A DNA stretch of 64,000 bases, taken from the NCBI GenBank assembly GCA_016209705.1, contig JACQVR010000094.1:64-64063 (forward strand). Direction: 5' to 3'. Shown piece after piece: positions 56,064 to 64,000 of the stretch. This stretch comes from Planctomycetota bacterium. GTDB taxonomy: Bacteria; Planctomycetota; MHYJ01; JACPRB01. Under the pieces are notes generated by a model. The model saw only the letters and a program-made list of their open reading frames with translations. It had not been told where the DNA came from and made no database searches. The translations under genes and the position numbers were made by a program. Each line of letters starts with the position of its first letter. Within the stretch, counting starts at the first letter, position 1.

Positions 56064-57419
56064 AACAACGTCGATCTTTTGCCCGCAGCGGTCGCAGCGG
56101 ACGAAAGGCGCCTTGAACTTCGGGCTCAAGTGCTTCACGGCGCCGCAGGCGCACTTGAACGACTCCCAACCGTGGGACGACCTCTCGTAGCGAAGGATGG
56201 GAACGGACGGCGCTTCGGGGGCGGGGACGGGTTGCGCGGAGGGAACCGCGCGGGTGCGGCCGCAGCGAGGGCACGGGATTCCCTCCCTTTTCATCTCGGC
56301 GGGAACTTTGATTTTCACCCCGCAGGCGCAGGTCAGCAGCACCAGCCCGTTCAACCGGCCCAGGAGGTCGTGCACTTCTTCGGCGCGCCGAACCGCCTCT
56401 TCGCGGGACTCCCGATCCACGGAGGGAGCGCGCACCGGGACGGGCGTGTCCTTGGACAGCGTCGTTTCATCGAGGCAGGGACGTTTCCCGCCTCGGACGC
56501 GCCGGAAGGCCTCCTCGTAGGCGGAATACCCGGCGCCGGCCATCCCGCGAAGGATCTTCACGCGCTCCTCCGTGGGCGGATGGGTGGAAAAAAGCTGGAA
56601 GGATGCCAGGGATTGCAAAGGGTTGATGATGTACATCGGCGCCAGAACCCGGCTGGCCCCGCCTACCGCACTCGCGCCCGCCGCGATCTTCTCCAGCGCG
56701 GATGCCAATCCTTCCGGATAGCGCGTGAATCGCGCGGCGCACGCGTCCGCCAGATGCTCCCGCCGGCGGGAACACGCCAAATACAAAAGGCGGGCGAAGA
56801 ACGGAGCCAGAATCGCCGCCGCCAGCGCGGCCAGGAAGACCGCCGCGTGGCCGCCTCGCGAGGAGCGCCGGCGTCCGCCTCCCCACCACGCCACTCGCAG
56901 GACCGCCTCCGACAGAAGCACGATCGCGCCCAGCATCACCCCGGCCAAGGTCATGAACGACGAGTCTCGATTGCGGATATGTCCGATCTCGTGCCCGATC
57001 ACTCCCTGCAATTCGTCCCGACTGAGCCGCTCCAGCAAACCCGACGTCACGGCCACGCTGCGGCGCCGGCCCCGTTCCACGGCGAACGCGTTCGGTCCGG
57101 GGTCCCAGATCAGGTAGACGTCCGGAGGGCCGCCCAGTCCGGACGCGATCGACATCTCTTCCACGATGTTCCAGAGCTGGGGCGCGTCCTCCTTCCCGAT
57201 GCGCTGCGCCCCGGCCGTCATCAGCAGCACTCGATCGCCTTCGATCGTCGCTCCGAACCACAGCACGAGCCACAGGCCGGACGCCGCCAGCATTCCGAGC
57301 CACCCGGCCTCCGGAGCCACCGCGGAACCCACCAGAAAACCGAAGCCAAGAAGGATCGCTCCCATGCATCCGACAAGCACCCAGGAGCGGCGGCGGTTTC
57401 GACGGATGGCGGCCCACAT
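56049..57419 (-). CDS. M48 family (HtpX-like) zinc metalloprotease with a C-terminal double zinc-ribbon domain.
   Basis: The HEIGHIRNRD (HExxH) motif is present along with TM segments. The C-terminus reads CACGVKIKV...CPRCG...CACG...CDRCGQ. The antisense ORF 56079..57467 is artefact. Confidence 0.8.
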   Translation of the reverse strand: MWAAIRRNRRRSWVLVGCMGAILLGFGFLVGSAVAPEAGWLGMLAASGLWLVLWFGATIEGDRVLLMTAGAQRIGKEDAPQLWNIVEEMSIASGLGGPPDVYLIWDPGPNAFAVERGRRRSVAVTSGLLERLSRDELQGVIGHEIGHIRNRDSSFMTLAGVMLGAIVLLSEAVLRVAWWGGGRRRSSRGGHAAVFLAALAAAILAPFFARLLYLACSRRREHLADACAARFTRYPEGLASALEKIAAGASAVGGASRVLAPMYIINPLQSLASFQLFSTHPPTEERVKILRGMAGAGYSAYEEAFRRVRGGKRPCLDETTLSKDTPVPVRAPSVDRESREEAVRRAEEVHDLLGRLNGLVLLTCACGVKIKVPAEMKREGIPCPRCGRTRAVPSAQPVPAPEAPSVPILRYERSSHGWESFKCACGAVKHLSPKFKAPFVRCDRCGQKIDVVECVA

Positions 57420-57421
57420 AA

Positions 57422-57463
57422 GAGTCCCGAGTCCCGAGTCGCGAGTCCTGAGTCACGAGTCGC
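57422..57463. repeat. Tandem heptanucleotide repeat (GAGTCNC) x6 in the lemA-M48 intergenic region.
   Basis: Units are GAGTCCC GAGTCCC GAGTCGC GAGTCCT GAGTCAC GAGTCGC. The unit length is not a multiple of 3, and every unit contains GANTC. Confidence 0.7.
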
Positions 57464-57485
57464 GTAACCCTCGGGCGCGCGACCG

Positions 57486-58052
57486 TTAAAACTTCACTTT
57501 CGGAGCTTCGCGCGCCGCTTCGTCCGCCAGCTCGAAATGCGCCGCCGGACGGAACGAGAACATCGCGGCGACGAAGTTCGAAGGAAAGGTCTCCAGCTGC
57601 GTGTTGAAGTGCATCACGCTGTCGTTATAGAACTGCCGGGCGAACCCCACCTTGTTCTCGGTCGAAGTCAGCTCCTCCTGAAGCGCCAGGAAGTTTCGAT
57701 TGGCCTTGAGGTCCGGATACTGCTCGACCACCAGCATGAGCCGGCCCAGCGCGCCGCTCAGGGCGGATTCCGCGGCGATCCGTTCCTCGACCGTGCCGGC
57801 GCCCATCGCCTGCGCCCGAGCCTTGGTGACATTCTCGAGCGTGGCGCGCTCGTGGGCGGCGTACCCCTTGACGGTCTCCACCAAATTCGGGACCAGGTCG
57901 TGCCGGCGCTTGAGCTGCACGTCGATCTGCGCCCACGCGTTCTTGGTCTCGTTGCGCAGCCGGACCAGGCCGTTGTACAGGCCGATCACCACGATTCCGA
58001 AGAGAAAGAAGACGCCCACGACGACGGCCAGCACGATGAGCGCGGTTGTCAC
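57486..58052 (-). CDS. lemA: LemA family protein.
   Basis: A TM anchor is followed by YNGLVRLRNETKNAWAQIDVQLKRRHDLVPNLVETVKGYA. A GTG start follows the RBS AGGAAGGAGGG. The upstream part of the track ORF is not coding. Confidence 0.8.
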   Translation of the reverse strand: MTTALIVLAVVVGVFFLFGIVVIGLYNGLVRLRNETKNAWAQIDVQLKRRHDLVPNLVETVKGYAAHERATLENVTKARAQAMGAGTVEERIAAESALSGALGRLMLVVEQYPDLKANRNFLALQEELTSTENKVGFARQFYNDSVMHFNTQLETFPSNFVAAMFSFRPAAHFELADEAAREAPKVKF

Positions 58053-58465
58053 GTTTCCCTCCTTCCTGATTCCCCCAGATCCTTCCGGAACAACTCCCCG
58101 AAGAAGCGCGCCACCGCTCCCTCCCCGCCGGCGGGACCGGCGCGAACCAACGCTTCCACTTCGCCGCGGTCGAACCACAAACCATGTCCGAGCGGGCATC
58201 GATCGATCTCGACGTCATGGACGGGGGCCCGCCGGAGCTTCCGCCCGCACCGCAGGCAACGCCGCGCTCCGTGCGCTTCGCCGGCCGCCCGACCCAGCGC
58301 CCGGGACCATCCACCCGAATCCGCCCCGGAAAGCTCGACCAGCCGTTCCAGTTCGCCGGCGTCCAGCCACGTCCCCCCACATTCGAGGCACCGATCGACT
58401 TCGACTCCTTCAAGCTCAAAAACCACGAGCGGTGCTTCGCACCCCGGACATCGCAGATTCGTCAT
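58049..58465 (-). CDS. zf-TFIIB-type zinc-ribbon domain protein with two CPxC...CxxC modules.
   Basis: LRCPGCEAPL...DRCLECGGTWLD is repeated as RCLRCGRKL...DRCPLGHGLWFD. Confidence 0.65.
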   Translation of the reverse strand: MTNLRCPGCEAPLVVFELEGVEVDRCLECGGTWLDAGELERLVELSGADSGGWSRALGRAAGEAHGARRCLRCGRKLRRAPVHDVEIDRCPLGHGLWFDRGEVEALVRAGPAGGEGAVARFFGELFRKDLGESGRRET

Positions 58466-58562
58466 GAGGGAGACATTATGCAGACTGCCGAAGCGGAGCG
58501 TCCATTACGACTTTTAGCCTGAATCTTCGCCTGCGCCGCTTCGCGGCGCGCGGAAATTCAGG

Positions 58563-59432
58563 CTAAGGCTCCGGGCGCGAGACGCTCTTCCGAAACGCCA
58601 TGAACCGCTCCACGAACAGATCGTCGCGCATTCGCCGCGCGAGATCTTCTCCCAATTCCGCGAAGAGGGAGCGATACGCCTCGATCCTCTCCGCCTCGCT
58701 GCGAGGAAGGGCCCGCCCGCCGACCGGCAGCCGCTGCCGCCAGATGACCGACCCCGGCACCTCTCGGCGCAGGAAATCGAGCACCGCCGTGGCCGCCGGC
58801 ATCATCACGCCCACCGCCAGCGACACCGATTCGGTGACCGCCCGCGCGACATGCCAGTAGCCGGCCGGAATATACAGCCAGTCCCCTTCCTCCAGCATGC
58901 ACCGCAACGACAACGGATGGGTCTCCCGCTCGAAGCCCATGTCCTTCGGAATCGTCTCCAGCAGCGGCCAAGGATGGACGGTGTTCTTGCGCAGCGAATA
59001 TTCCTTGCGTCCCCGCGCCTGGAGGATGAAGACGTCTTCCGCGTCGTAATGCCACCCGAACCCCTGCCCGTCGGCCGGCGTGCAGTAGAGATGAATGTTC
59101 ACCGGCGCCTGGAAATCTTCGAAAAAGGAGGATGCCAGATCGGCCAAGGCCGCATCATGCCGCTCGGCATTCCGGAGGACGAGCGTATACCCCGACGCGT
59201 AGAGTTGCCGCGCTTGCTCCGCCGTGGGCGTCCCTCCCTTTTCCCAGGGCCGGCCATCCCGAGCGACCAGAACGTCGGCGCCCTCCCGCGCCAGCGCGCG
59301 CTCGAGGATGTTCCAAGACGCCAGCGGAACGAATGGCCGGGCGCCTCCGGTCCGGGCCAAGGGAAGGCGATGGAGGTGCTCCTCGACGAACGAAGAAACC
59401 GGGAGGTCGCCGAGTAGACGTTCCAACGCCAT
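58563..59432 (-). CDS. Cupin/JmjC-like (ribosomal-oxygenase-type cupin_4) protein.
   Basis: HYDAEDVFILQARGRKEY ... WLYIPAGYWH is a 2-His-1-carboxylate cupin signature. Confidence 0.6.
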   Translation of the reverse strand: MALERLLGDLPVSSFVEEHLHRLPLARTGGARPFVPLASWNILERALAREGADVLVARDGRPWEKGGTPTAEQARQLYASGYTLVLRNAERHDAALADLASSFFEDFQAPVNIHLYCTPADGQGFGWHYDAEDVFILQARGRKEYSLRKNTVHPWPLLETIPKDMGFERETHPLSLRCMLEEGDWLYIPAGYWHVARAVTESVSLAVGVMMPAATAVLDFLRREVPGSVIWRQRLPVGGRALPRSEAERIEAYRSLFAELGEDLARRMRDDLFVERFMAFRKSVSRPEP

Positions 59433-59460
59433 GCCTCCAGCATAGCACGGAGCACGGCGA

Positions 59461-60162
59461 TCATCCGATCAGATGCGTGTAGTCCCGGAAAGGCGCTCGG
59501 CAGGGAGGGCCATCCGCAAACAGGAGCCGCTCTCCGTGTGAAGATCGGATGAGCATGAGCGAGGAAACGGTTCCGTACACGTCGCCGTGCTTGCAGACGG
59601 GTCGATCTCCTTCGTGCGAACGCAGGAAATCCGCCAGATCCGCCTCCGGCGGGACCGCGGAGTTCTCGGAAAAGCTCCGCAGAAACGTCCGCCGTTCAGG
59701 CATCGCGGGATCGTCGAGGTCGGCGTTCGTCGAAATGACGTGACGGCCGGGTCCGAACGAAGTTCTGCGAAGCTCGCCATCCCAGTGGAGGCACAACCCG
59801 ACGCCGTCCTTTTCCACCGCGACCATGTTGAAGCCGGCCACCGGCCGCTCGCCGACGCGCTTGGCGATAAGGGCTTCGACTCAGCCCAGCGCGCGGCAGT
59901 CCAGCGCCTCCAGAGCCACCAAACCGCGCGAGTAAGAGTCCGGCGTCTTCGCCGGAGTCCGGCGATTGGTCACGGCCACGACAAGTCCGTGGCGGTTGAC
60001 GGCGAACCACGTGCCGCCCCCCTCGAGGTCCTGAGGGCCGACAACGCCGGGTCGCAGCTCCTTCGGCGGCGCGGAGAGGCGCGCGACCCGTTCGTCCCGA
60101 TTGGCGCCGATCACCAGGGGGATGTCACGATCCAGGCCGACGAACAGGGTGAGCACGCACAT
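59461..60162 (-). pseudogene. NRDE (TANGO2-like, DUF833) family gene interrupted by an in-frame TGA (complement 59881-59883).
   Basis: The start reads MCVLTLFVGLDRDIPLVIGANRDERV (the MC...ANRDE signature). The frame then reads ...LEALDCRALG-TGA-VEALIAKRVGERPVAGFNMVAVEKDG... to 59461. No UxxC chemistry or GGUUC-loop hairpin follows the TGA. Confidence 0.45.
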
Positions 60163-60226
60163 GTAGAAATTGCTCAGATTGTGGGATGTCGCAATTTCTA
60201 ACGGCTGAAACCTTCGGTTCCGGCAT
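60163..60226 (-). ncRNA. Conserved 64-nt structured leader element, copy 2, immediately 5' of the NRDE start codon.
   Basis: Sense strand is AUGCCGGAACCGAAGGUUUCAGCCGUUAGAAAUUGCGACAUCCCACAAUCUGAGCAAUUUCUAC-AUG. It is ~80% identical to copy 1 with covarying stem positions. Confidence 0.5.
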
Positions 60227-60983
60227 CCCGCTGCCGAGTCTCGCAAGCGGGCCGTCGCTCCTGCGGAACCGTATTCTGGAACTTGAGAGGGCGCGGTAGG
60301 ATTCGGGGAAAGCACTGGAAAGGAGGAAGGTAAATGACCTGTCCCCAAATCCAATCCCAACGGCGCCGGTCGAACCGCGCGCGAAGCTCCTCCACCGCCG
60401 CTCGCGCCCGGTTCGCGGCCGCTTCGGCCTCGAGCATTCTGGTCCGCAGGAGTTCCAGTTCCGCGCGACGCGCCTCCTCGGCCCCCCGCTCCGCTTCCCG
60501 CTTCAGGATGGCGTCCGCTTCGCTTTCCAGAACCCACCGGCCCCGGAAGCGGACGAAACCTTCGGCCGCGCGGATTTCGACCTCCGTCATCCATCGCCCT
60601 TCATGCCGCCGGTAGCCGAGCGCGGCCCGAGCGCCGGCGTGATCGGGTTCTCGAACCACGACTTCCTCGAAGAGCTTGCGGGCGCGAGTGAGCAAATCCC
60701 GCTCGGCGGCCCACCGGGCCAGCCGGTATCGACCCTCCACATCGCCGGGCCGCAGGGCGGCCGCGCGCCGCTCCAACTCGTCAAGCGCCGAAGGCCCTCG
60801 GTGAATGCGGGCCACGTCGGATCGCCGGAGCGTGATCGTGCCATAATCCAACTCCACCACCACGCTCGACGCGGATTCCGTCACTCGGCCTTCGAACCTG
60901 GCTCCGTTGCGCAGTACGACTTCGTCCGCGCGCGCCGGCACGCGGAGAAGCGCAAGCCCCACGATCCACGCAGCGTATTTCAT
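60198..60983 (-). CDS. Hypothetical secreted protein (Arg/Glu-rich coiled-coil C-terminus).
   Basis: Signal peptide MKYAAWIVGLALLRVPARA is present. The extent is uncertain because the upstream track ORF portion is artefact and the 3' end overlaps the leader element. Confidence 0.4.
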   Translation of the reverse strand: MKYAAWIVGLALLRVPARADEVVLRNGARFEGRVTESASSVVVELDYGTITLRRSDVARIHRGPSALDELERRAAALRPGDVEGRYRLARWAAERDLLTRARKLFEEVVVREPDHAGARAALGYRRHEGRWMTEVEIRAAEGFVRFRGRWVLESEADAILKREAERGAEEARRAELELLRTRMLEAEAAANRARAAVEELRARFDRRRWDWIWGQVIYLPPFQCFPRILPRPLKFQNTVPQERRPACETRQRDAGTEGFSR

Positions 60984-61031
60984 GAGTCTATATATTATAA
61001 GCCTGGAGCGGCGCGATTGATTCGAAATACG

Positions 61032-63383
61032 ATGGGCGGCACGCGGACCCGTGCGGAAGCGGCGGGGATTTTCCTGCTCAGCGCCGCCTGTCTGTTCTTC
61101 GAGCTCCACGCGTTCCGATTCTTCACGCTTTCCCAATGGCACCATTTTGGAGCGCTCGTCGTTTCGCTGGCGCTCTTCGGCGGCGCGGCGGCGGGTGTCG
61201 CCCTCGCGCTGTCGAGGCGCCTTCGGCGGGCGGATCCCGGGACCGCTGCGGCGACATGCGCCGTCGCCATGGCGGTCTCCGCGTGGGCTGGCCTGCACGC
61301 CGCTTCCTGGATCCCTTTCCGTCCGGTTCGCGCCTCGGTGGGACCGGAAGAACTGGCGGCGGTGGCGGGATGGTATCTATGTTTCGGCGTCCCGATGTTC
61401 TTCGCCTCGTTGGGCGTGCTGTACTTCCTGCTCAGGCGTCCCGGGAACGTGGGGACGATCTATGCGTCCAATCTTCTCGGCGGGGCGGCGGGCGTAGCGT
61501 CGGCCCTTTGGCTGGAAAGCGCCCTCGACGGGCAGGAAGCGGCGGCAACGGCCGTTTTGGGCCTCTGCGCCGCCACGTGCTTCGTTCATCTTTCCCCGTG
61601 GCGGATCGGCGGCGCGTCCGTTTTCTTGCTGCTCGCCGCCTGGATGCGTCCCGAGATCCCGGTATCCGAATTCAAGGCCCTGGCGAGCCTGCCGAATACG
61701 CTGGGAGCGCGCAGCGTTCATTCTGGTCGTGCCGAAGGACATCACGTGGCGTTGTTGAAGGTTCCCACGTTTCGGCGCGCGCCGGGACTCTCGCTGGCCT
61801 ATCGTGGAAGGGTTCCGACCGGTCTGACCGTCGTGGTGGACGGCGATCGTCCCGATGTGCTTCTCGAACCGCCCGTGGATCCGGATCTGCCGGCCCATCT
61901 GCCGGGAGCCGTCGGCCACGAGCTGGCCCCCGAAGGGCGAGCTTTGATCCTGGACGCGGCGGGGAATCTGCCGGTCCTGACCGCCAACCGATATGGGAGA
62001 TCTTCGCTGGTGCATCTCCCTCCCGAAATCGCGGGCGTTTGGTTCGACGTTCAGGGCTTGGATGCCCGCCGATATTTCCCGGGGGCGACGGTGGTGACGG
62101 TTCCTCCGAGAACGCTGCTGCGGGCCCAACCCGACGGCTCGGTTGCGTATGTGGAGATCGCCTTGCGTGACGGCGCGGCCACCATGACGGCCGCTCTGGG
62201 ACAGCCGACCGAAGGCTATCTGTTCACGGTGGAAGCGTGGAGGGAAATGCTGAGGTGTCTGGCTCCGGACGGCCTCTTGTGCGTGACGCGATGGCTCGAA
62301 TTTCCTCCGCGCGAAAGCTTGCGGCTGGCCGCGACCGCCGTCGAGGCGTTGAAAGAAGGCGCTCCGGCGGAGCGCTGCCTCGTGGCGTTTCGGTCGCTCC
62401 AGACGATCACCTTTCTAATCAGGCCTCGAGGATTCGATCCAGCTTCGCGCCGACGGTTGGCCGAAGCGCTGCGAAGGCGATCCTACGAATTGATCTATCC
62501 TGCGGGAGGAGGCGGAGTTCATGCCGCCGCCCTCGATGCGTTGCTGCGCGATCCGGAGAAGTTGTACGCTTCCTATCCCTTCTACATACGTCCCGCGACG
62601 GATGACCGGCCCTTCCCATGGTTTTTCCTCAAGCCGGGACGACTGGGCGAGTTGCGCGAACGGGCGGACATCGGCTGGCGCCCCCTGCTGGACGGGGGGT
62701 TTCTTTTGGGAGCCGCGGCGGTGCAGGCGGCCTTCATCGGCTTGATCTTGATCGCGCTTCCCTTTCTGCGAGCGCGCGATCGGCCTCCCGTATCGTCGGC
62801 GGTCGCGCCCGGAATCTACTTCTTCTTGATCGGCCTCGGATTTCTATTCGTTGAAATCCCTCTCGCGCAAATCTTGACGCGATCGGCGCCTTCGGCCGCG
62901 CATGCGTTCGGACTCGTGATCGCGACCATGTTCCTGGGCGCCGGCACCGGTTCCTACTTGTCCGGACGTCTGAGACTGGATCGTGTGGCCGTCGTCGTGG
63001 CCGCCGCCGCGCTGGTGATCGGTGCGCAGTGTGCCTTGTTGCCGCGGATCGGGACGTGGACGCTGGTTCCGGGAGGGTGGTGGATGGTTGGATCCCTTCT
63101 GGGCGCGCTTCCCTCCGTGGCCATGGGCATGGCCATGCCGGGAGGATTTCGCTGGGCGGGGCCGCTCGGCTCTTGGGGACCTTCCTGGGGATGGGCGGTC
63201 AATGGATGCGCCTCGGTGGTTTCGCCGCTTTTGGCGTCGATCCTGGCACTCGGCGTCGGGTTCCGTTTTGTGCTCGGCGTGGCGGCGGTCCTATACGTTA
63301 CCGCCGGAGGAATGCTTTATTTCAAGTCCCGAGTCGTGAGTCCGGAGTCCCGAGTCGAAGACGAGCTATCGCCTTCTTCATGA
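61032..63383 (+). CDS. Polytopic membrane protein with a spermidine/spermine-synthase-like (aminopropyltransferase) domain.
   Basis: N-terminal TM helices are followed by a central methyltransferase-like fold (LLCVTRWLEFPPRESL) and C-terminal TM helices. The extreme C-terminus overlaps GAGTC heptamer repeats and may terminate earlier. Confidence 0.55.
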   Translation: MGGTRTRAEAAGIFLLSAACLFFELHAFRFFTLSQWHHFGALVVSLALFGGAAAGVALALSRRLRRADPGTAAATCAVAMAVSAWAGLHAASWIPFRPVRASVGPEELAAVAGWYLCFGVPMFFASLGVLYFLLRRPGNVGTIYASNLLGGAAGVASALWLESALDGQEAAATAVLGLCAATCFVHLSPWRIGGASVFLLLAAWMRPEIPVSEFKALASLPNTLGARSVHSGRAEGHHVALLKVPTFRRAPGLSLAYRGRVPTGLTVVVDGDRPDVLLEPPVDPDLPAHLPGAVGHELAPEGRALILDAAGNLPVLTANRYGRSSLVHLPPEIAGVWFDVQGLDARRYFPGATVVTVPPRTLLRAQPDGSVAYVEIALRDGAATMTAALGQPTEGYLFTVEAWREMLRCLAPDGLLCVTRWLEFPPRESLRLAATAVEALKEGAPAERCLVAFRSLQTITFLIRPRGFDPASRRRLAEALRRRSYELIYPAGGGGVHAAALDALLRDPEKLYASYPFYIRPATDDRPFPWFFLKPGRLGELRERADIGWRPLLDGGFLLGAAAVQAAFIGLILIALPFLRARDRPPVSSAVAPGIYFFLIGLGFLFVEIPLAQILTRSAPSAAHAFGLVIATMFLGAGTGSYLSGRLRLDRVAVVVAAAALVIGAQCALLPRIGTWTLVPGGWWMVGSLLGALPSVAMGMAMPGGFRWAGPLGSWGPSWGWAVNGCASVVSPLLASILALGVGFRFVLGVAAVLYVTAGGMLYFKSRVVSPESRVEDELSPSS

Positions 63384-63410
63384 CCGGACTCATGACTCAT
63401 GACTCGTGAC
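63324..63410. repeat. GAGTCNN heptamer repeats in inverted arrangement (4 units forward at 63324-63358, 3 units reverse at 63386-63410) between convergent genes.
   Basis: Forward units are GAGTCGT GAGTCCG GAGTCCC GAGTCGA. Reverse units are GACTCAT GACTCAT GACTC. Together they can form a long imperfect hairpin. The unit matches the 57422-57463 array. Confidence 0.6.
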
Positions 63411-63417
63411 GCAAGAC

Positions 63418-64000
63418 TTATTTTGCTCGTTCGATCTTTCCCGTCATCGGCACGAACCGCACGCCGCCGTGGTCTTCCTGGATCAGTTCGCTTCCATTTT
63501 TCCTGATGCGAAACAAAGTCTGTCCGAAAAAAGGTTCGCCGATCGGAGCGACCAGGCGGCCGCCATCGGCCAATTGATCCAGGAGCGGCGGCGGCACGTG
63601 TCCCGCCGCGGCGGTGATGAGAATGGCCTGGAACGGCGCGGCCTCGGGCCACCCCTCGTATCCGTCGGCGGCTTTCGTGCGGACTTTGCTGTAGCCGAGT
63701 CGATCCAGCCGTTCGCGAGCTTCTTTGGCCAGCTCCGGAATGATCTCGATGGAATACACTTCGGCTCCGCACTCGGCGAGGACCGCAGCTTGATACCCGG
63801 AGCCGGTTCCGATCTCCAGCACCCGATCGCCCGGCTTGACAGCGGCCAGCTCCGTCATGAGCGCCACAATGTAGGGTTGGCTGATCGTCTGTCCGTATCC
63901 GATGGGCAGAGGACCGTCGTCGAACGCGCGGTGGCGCTGATCGGGAGGGACGAATTCCGGCCGGGGCGTCTTCCGCAGGGCGCGCAGGACCGAGACGACG
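63418..64000 (-). CDS. pcm: Protein-L-isoaspartate O-methyltransferase (N-terminus beyond the window end).
   Basis: SAM motif VLEIGTGSGYQAAVLA is present. The C-terminus GVRFVPMTG...* is at 63418, and the frame remains open to position 64000. Confidence 0.8.
   Translation of the reverse strand, partial: VVSVLRALRKTPRPEFVPPDQRHRAFDDGPLPIGYGQTISQPYIVALMTELAAVKPGDRVLEIGTGSGYQAAVLAECGAEVYSIEIIPELAKEARERLDRLGYSKVRTKAADGYEGWPEAAPFQAILITAAAGHVPPPLLDQLADGGRLVAPIGEPFFGQTLFRIRKNGSELIQEDHGGVRFVPMTGKIERAK

Noticed and set aside
59461-60162. In-frame TGA in the NRDE/TANGO2-like gene, considered as a Sec codon.
   Set aside because: The TGA is in an inter-domain linker (ALG-*-VEAL). The only downstream hairpin has a UGG loop about 36 nt away, and there is no redox motif. 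A nonsense mutation or error is more likely.
1-64000. Global TGA reassignment (genetic code 4 or 25) as an explanation for the in-frame TGAs.
   Set aside because: Many well-conserved genes here terminate at TGA at the expected length (ygfZ, recR, msrA end, ybaB and others). The genome is high-GC, unlike known TGA-recoding lineages.
1-64000. CRISPR arrays.
   Set aside because: No regularly spaced 25-40 bp direct repeats with unique spacers were found. The only tandem repeats are 7-nt microsatellites.

Overview
This is a high-GC (~68%) bacterial chromosomal window. Phylum cannot be assigned from sequence alone, and it may be a MAG given two apparent homopolymer frameshifts. Gene content mixes conserved housekeeping blocks with an accessory segment that carries IS remnants, small palindromic repeat families and several pseudogenes.

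**Housekeeping content**
- fumC with a ygfZ-like gene.
- A Cys-type FdhF/YdeP-like molybdoenzyme with fdhD.
- A fur-hemP-tonB iron locus.
- The dnaX-ybaB-recR-rpoN block followed by a moxR-like ATPase.
- A trpDCFBA operon.
- A fused E1 alpha/beta dehydrogenase.
- tRNA-Arg(ACG).
- A MacAB/HlyD-type exporter in one co-directional cluster with two secreted terpene-cyclase-like repeat proteins and an ECF sigma/anti-sigma pair.

**Accessory content**
- An AbrB/Doc toxin-antitoxin pair.
- A Fic protein with a DUF4143 ATPase.
- An ISL3 transposase remnant.
- IS630-type HTH fragments.
- MITE-like and REP-like palindromic repeats.

**Main discovery: three candidate selenoprotein genes**
- Each has an in-frame TGA exactly at a redox or catalytic cysteine position:
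  - a secreted thioredoxin-like protein with a UxxC motif;
  - a lipoprotein MsrA carrying G-U-FW in place of GCFWG;
  - a secreted HEAT plus GATase1/DUF4159-like protein with a UxxC motif.
- In each case a hairpin lies 11-22 nt downstream of the TGA, and all three apical loops read GGU(U/A)C, consistent with bacterial SECIS elements.

**Other notable signals**
- A 64-nt structured leader element occurs twice immediately 5' of two unrelated start codons, with a compensatory base-pair change between copies.
- AT-rich GTTAC/GTAAC palindromic operator clusters occur at three loci, one directly upstream of a selenoprotein gene.
- GAGTC-containing heptamer tandem repeats sit at two gene boundaries.
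- A 48-bp exact direct repeat supplies the C-termini of two genes.

Many of the long six-frame ORFs are GC-driven antisense artefacts and were not called.
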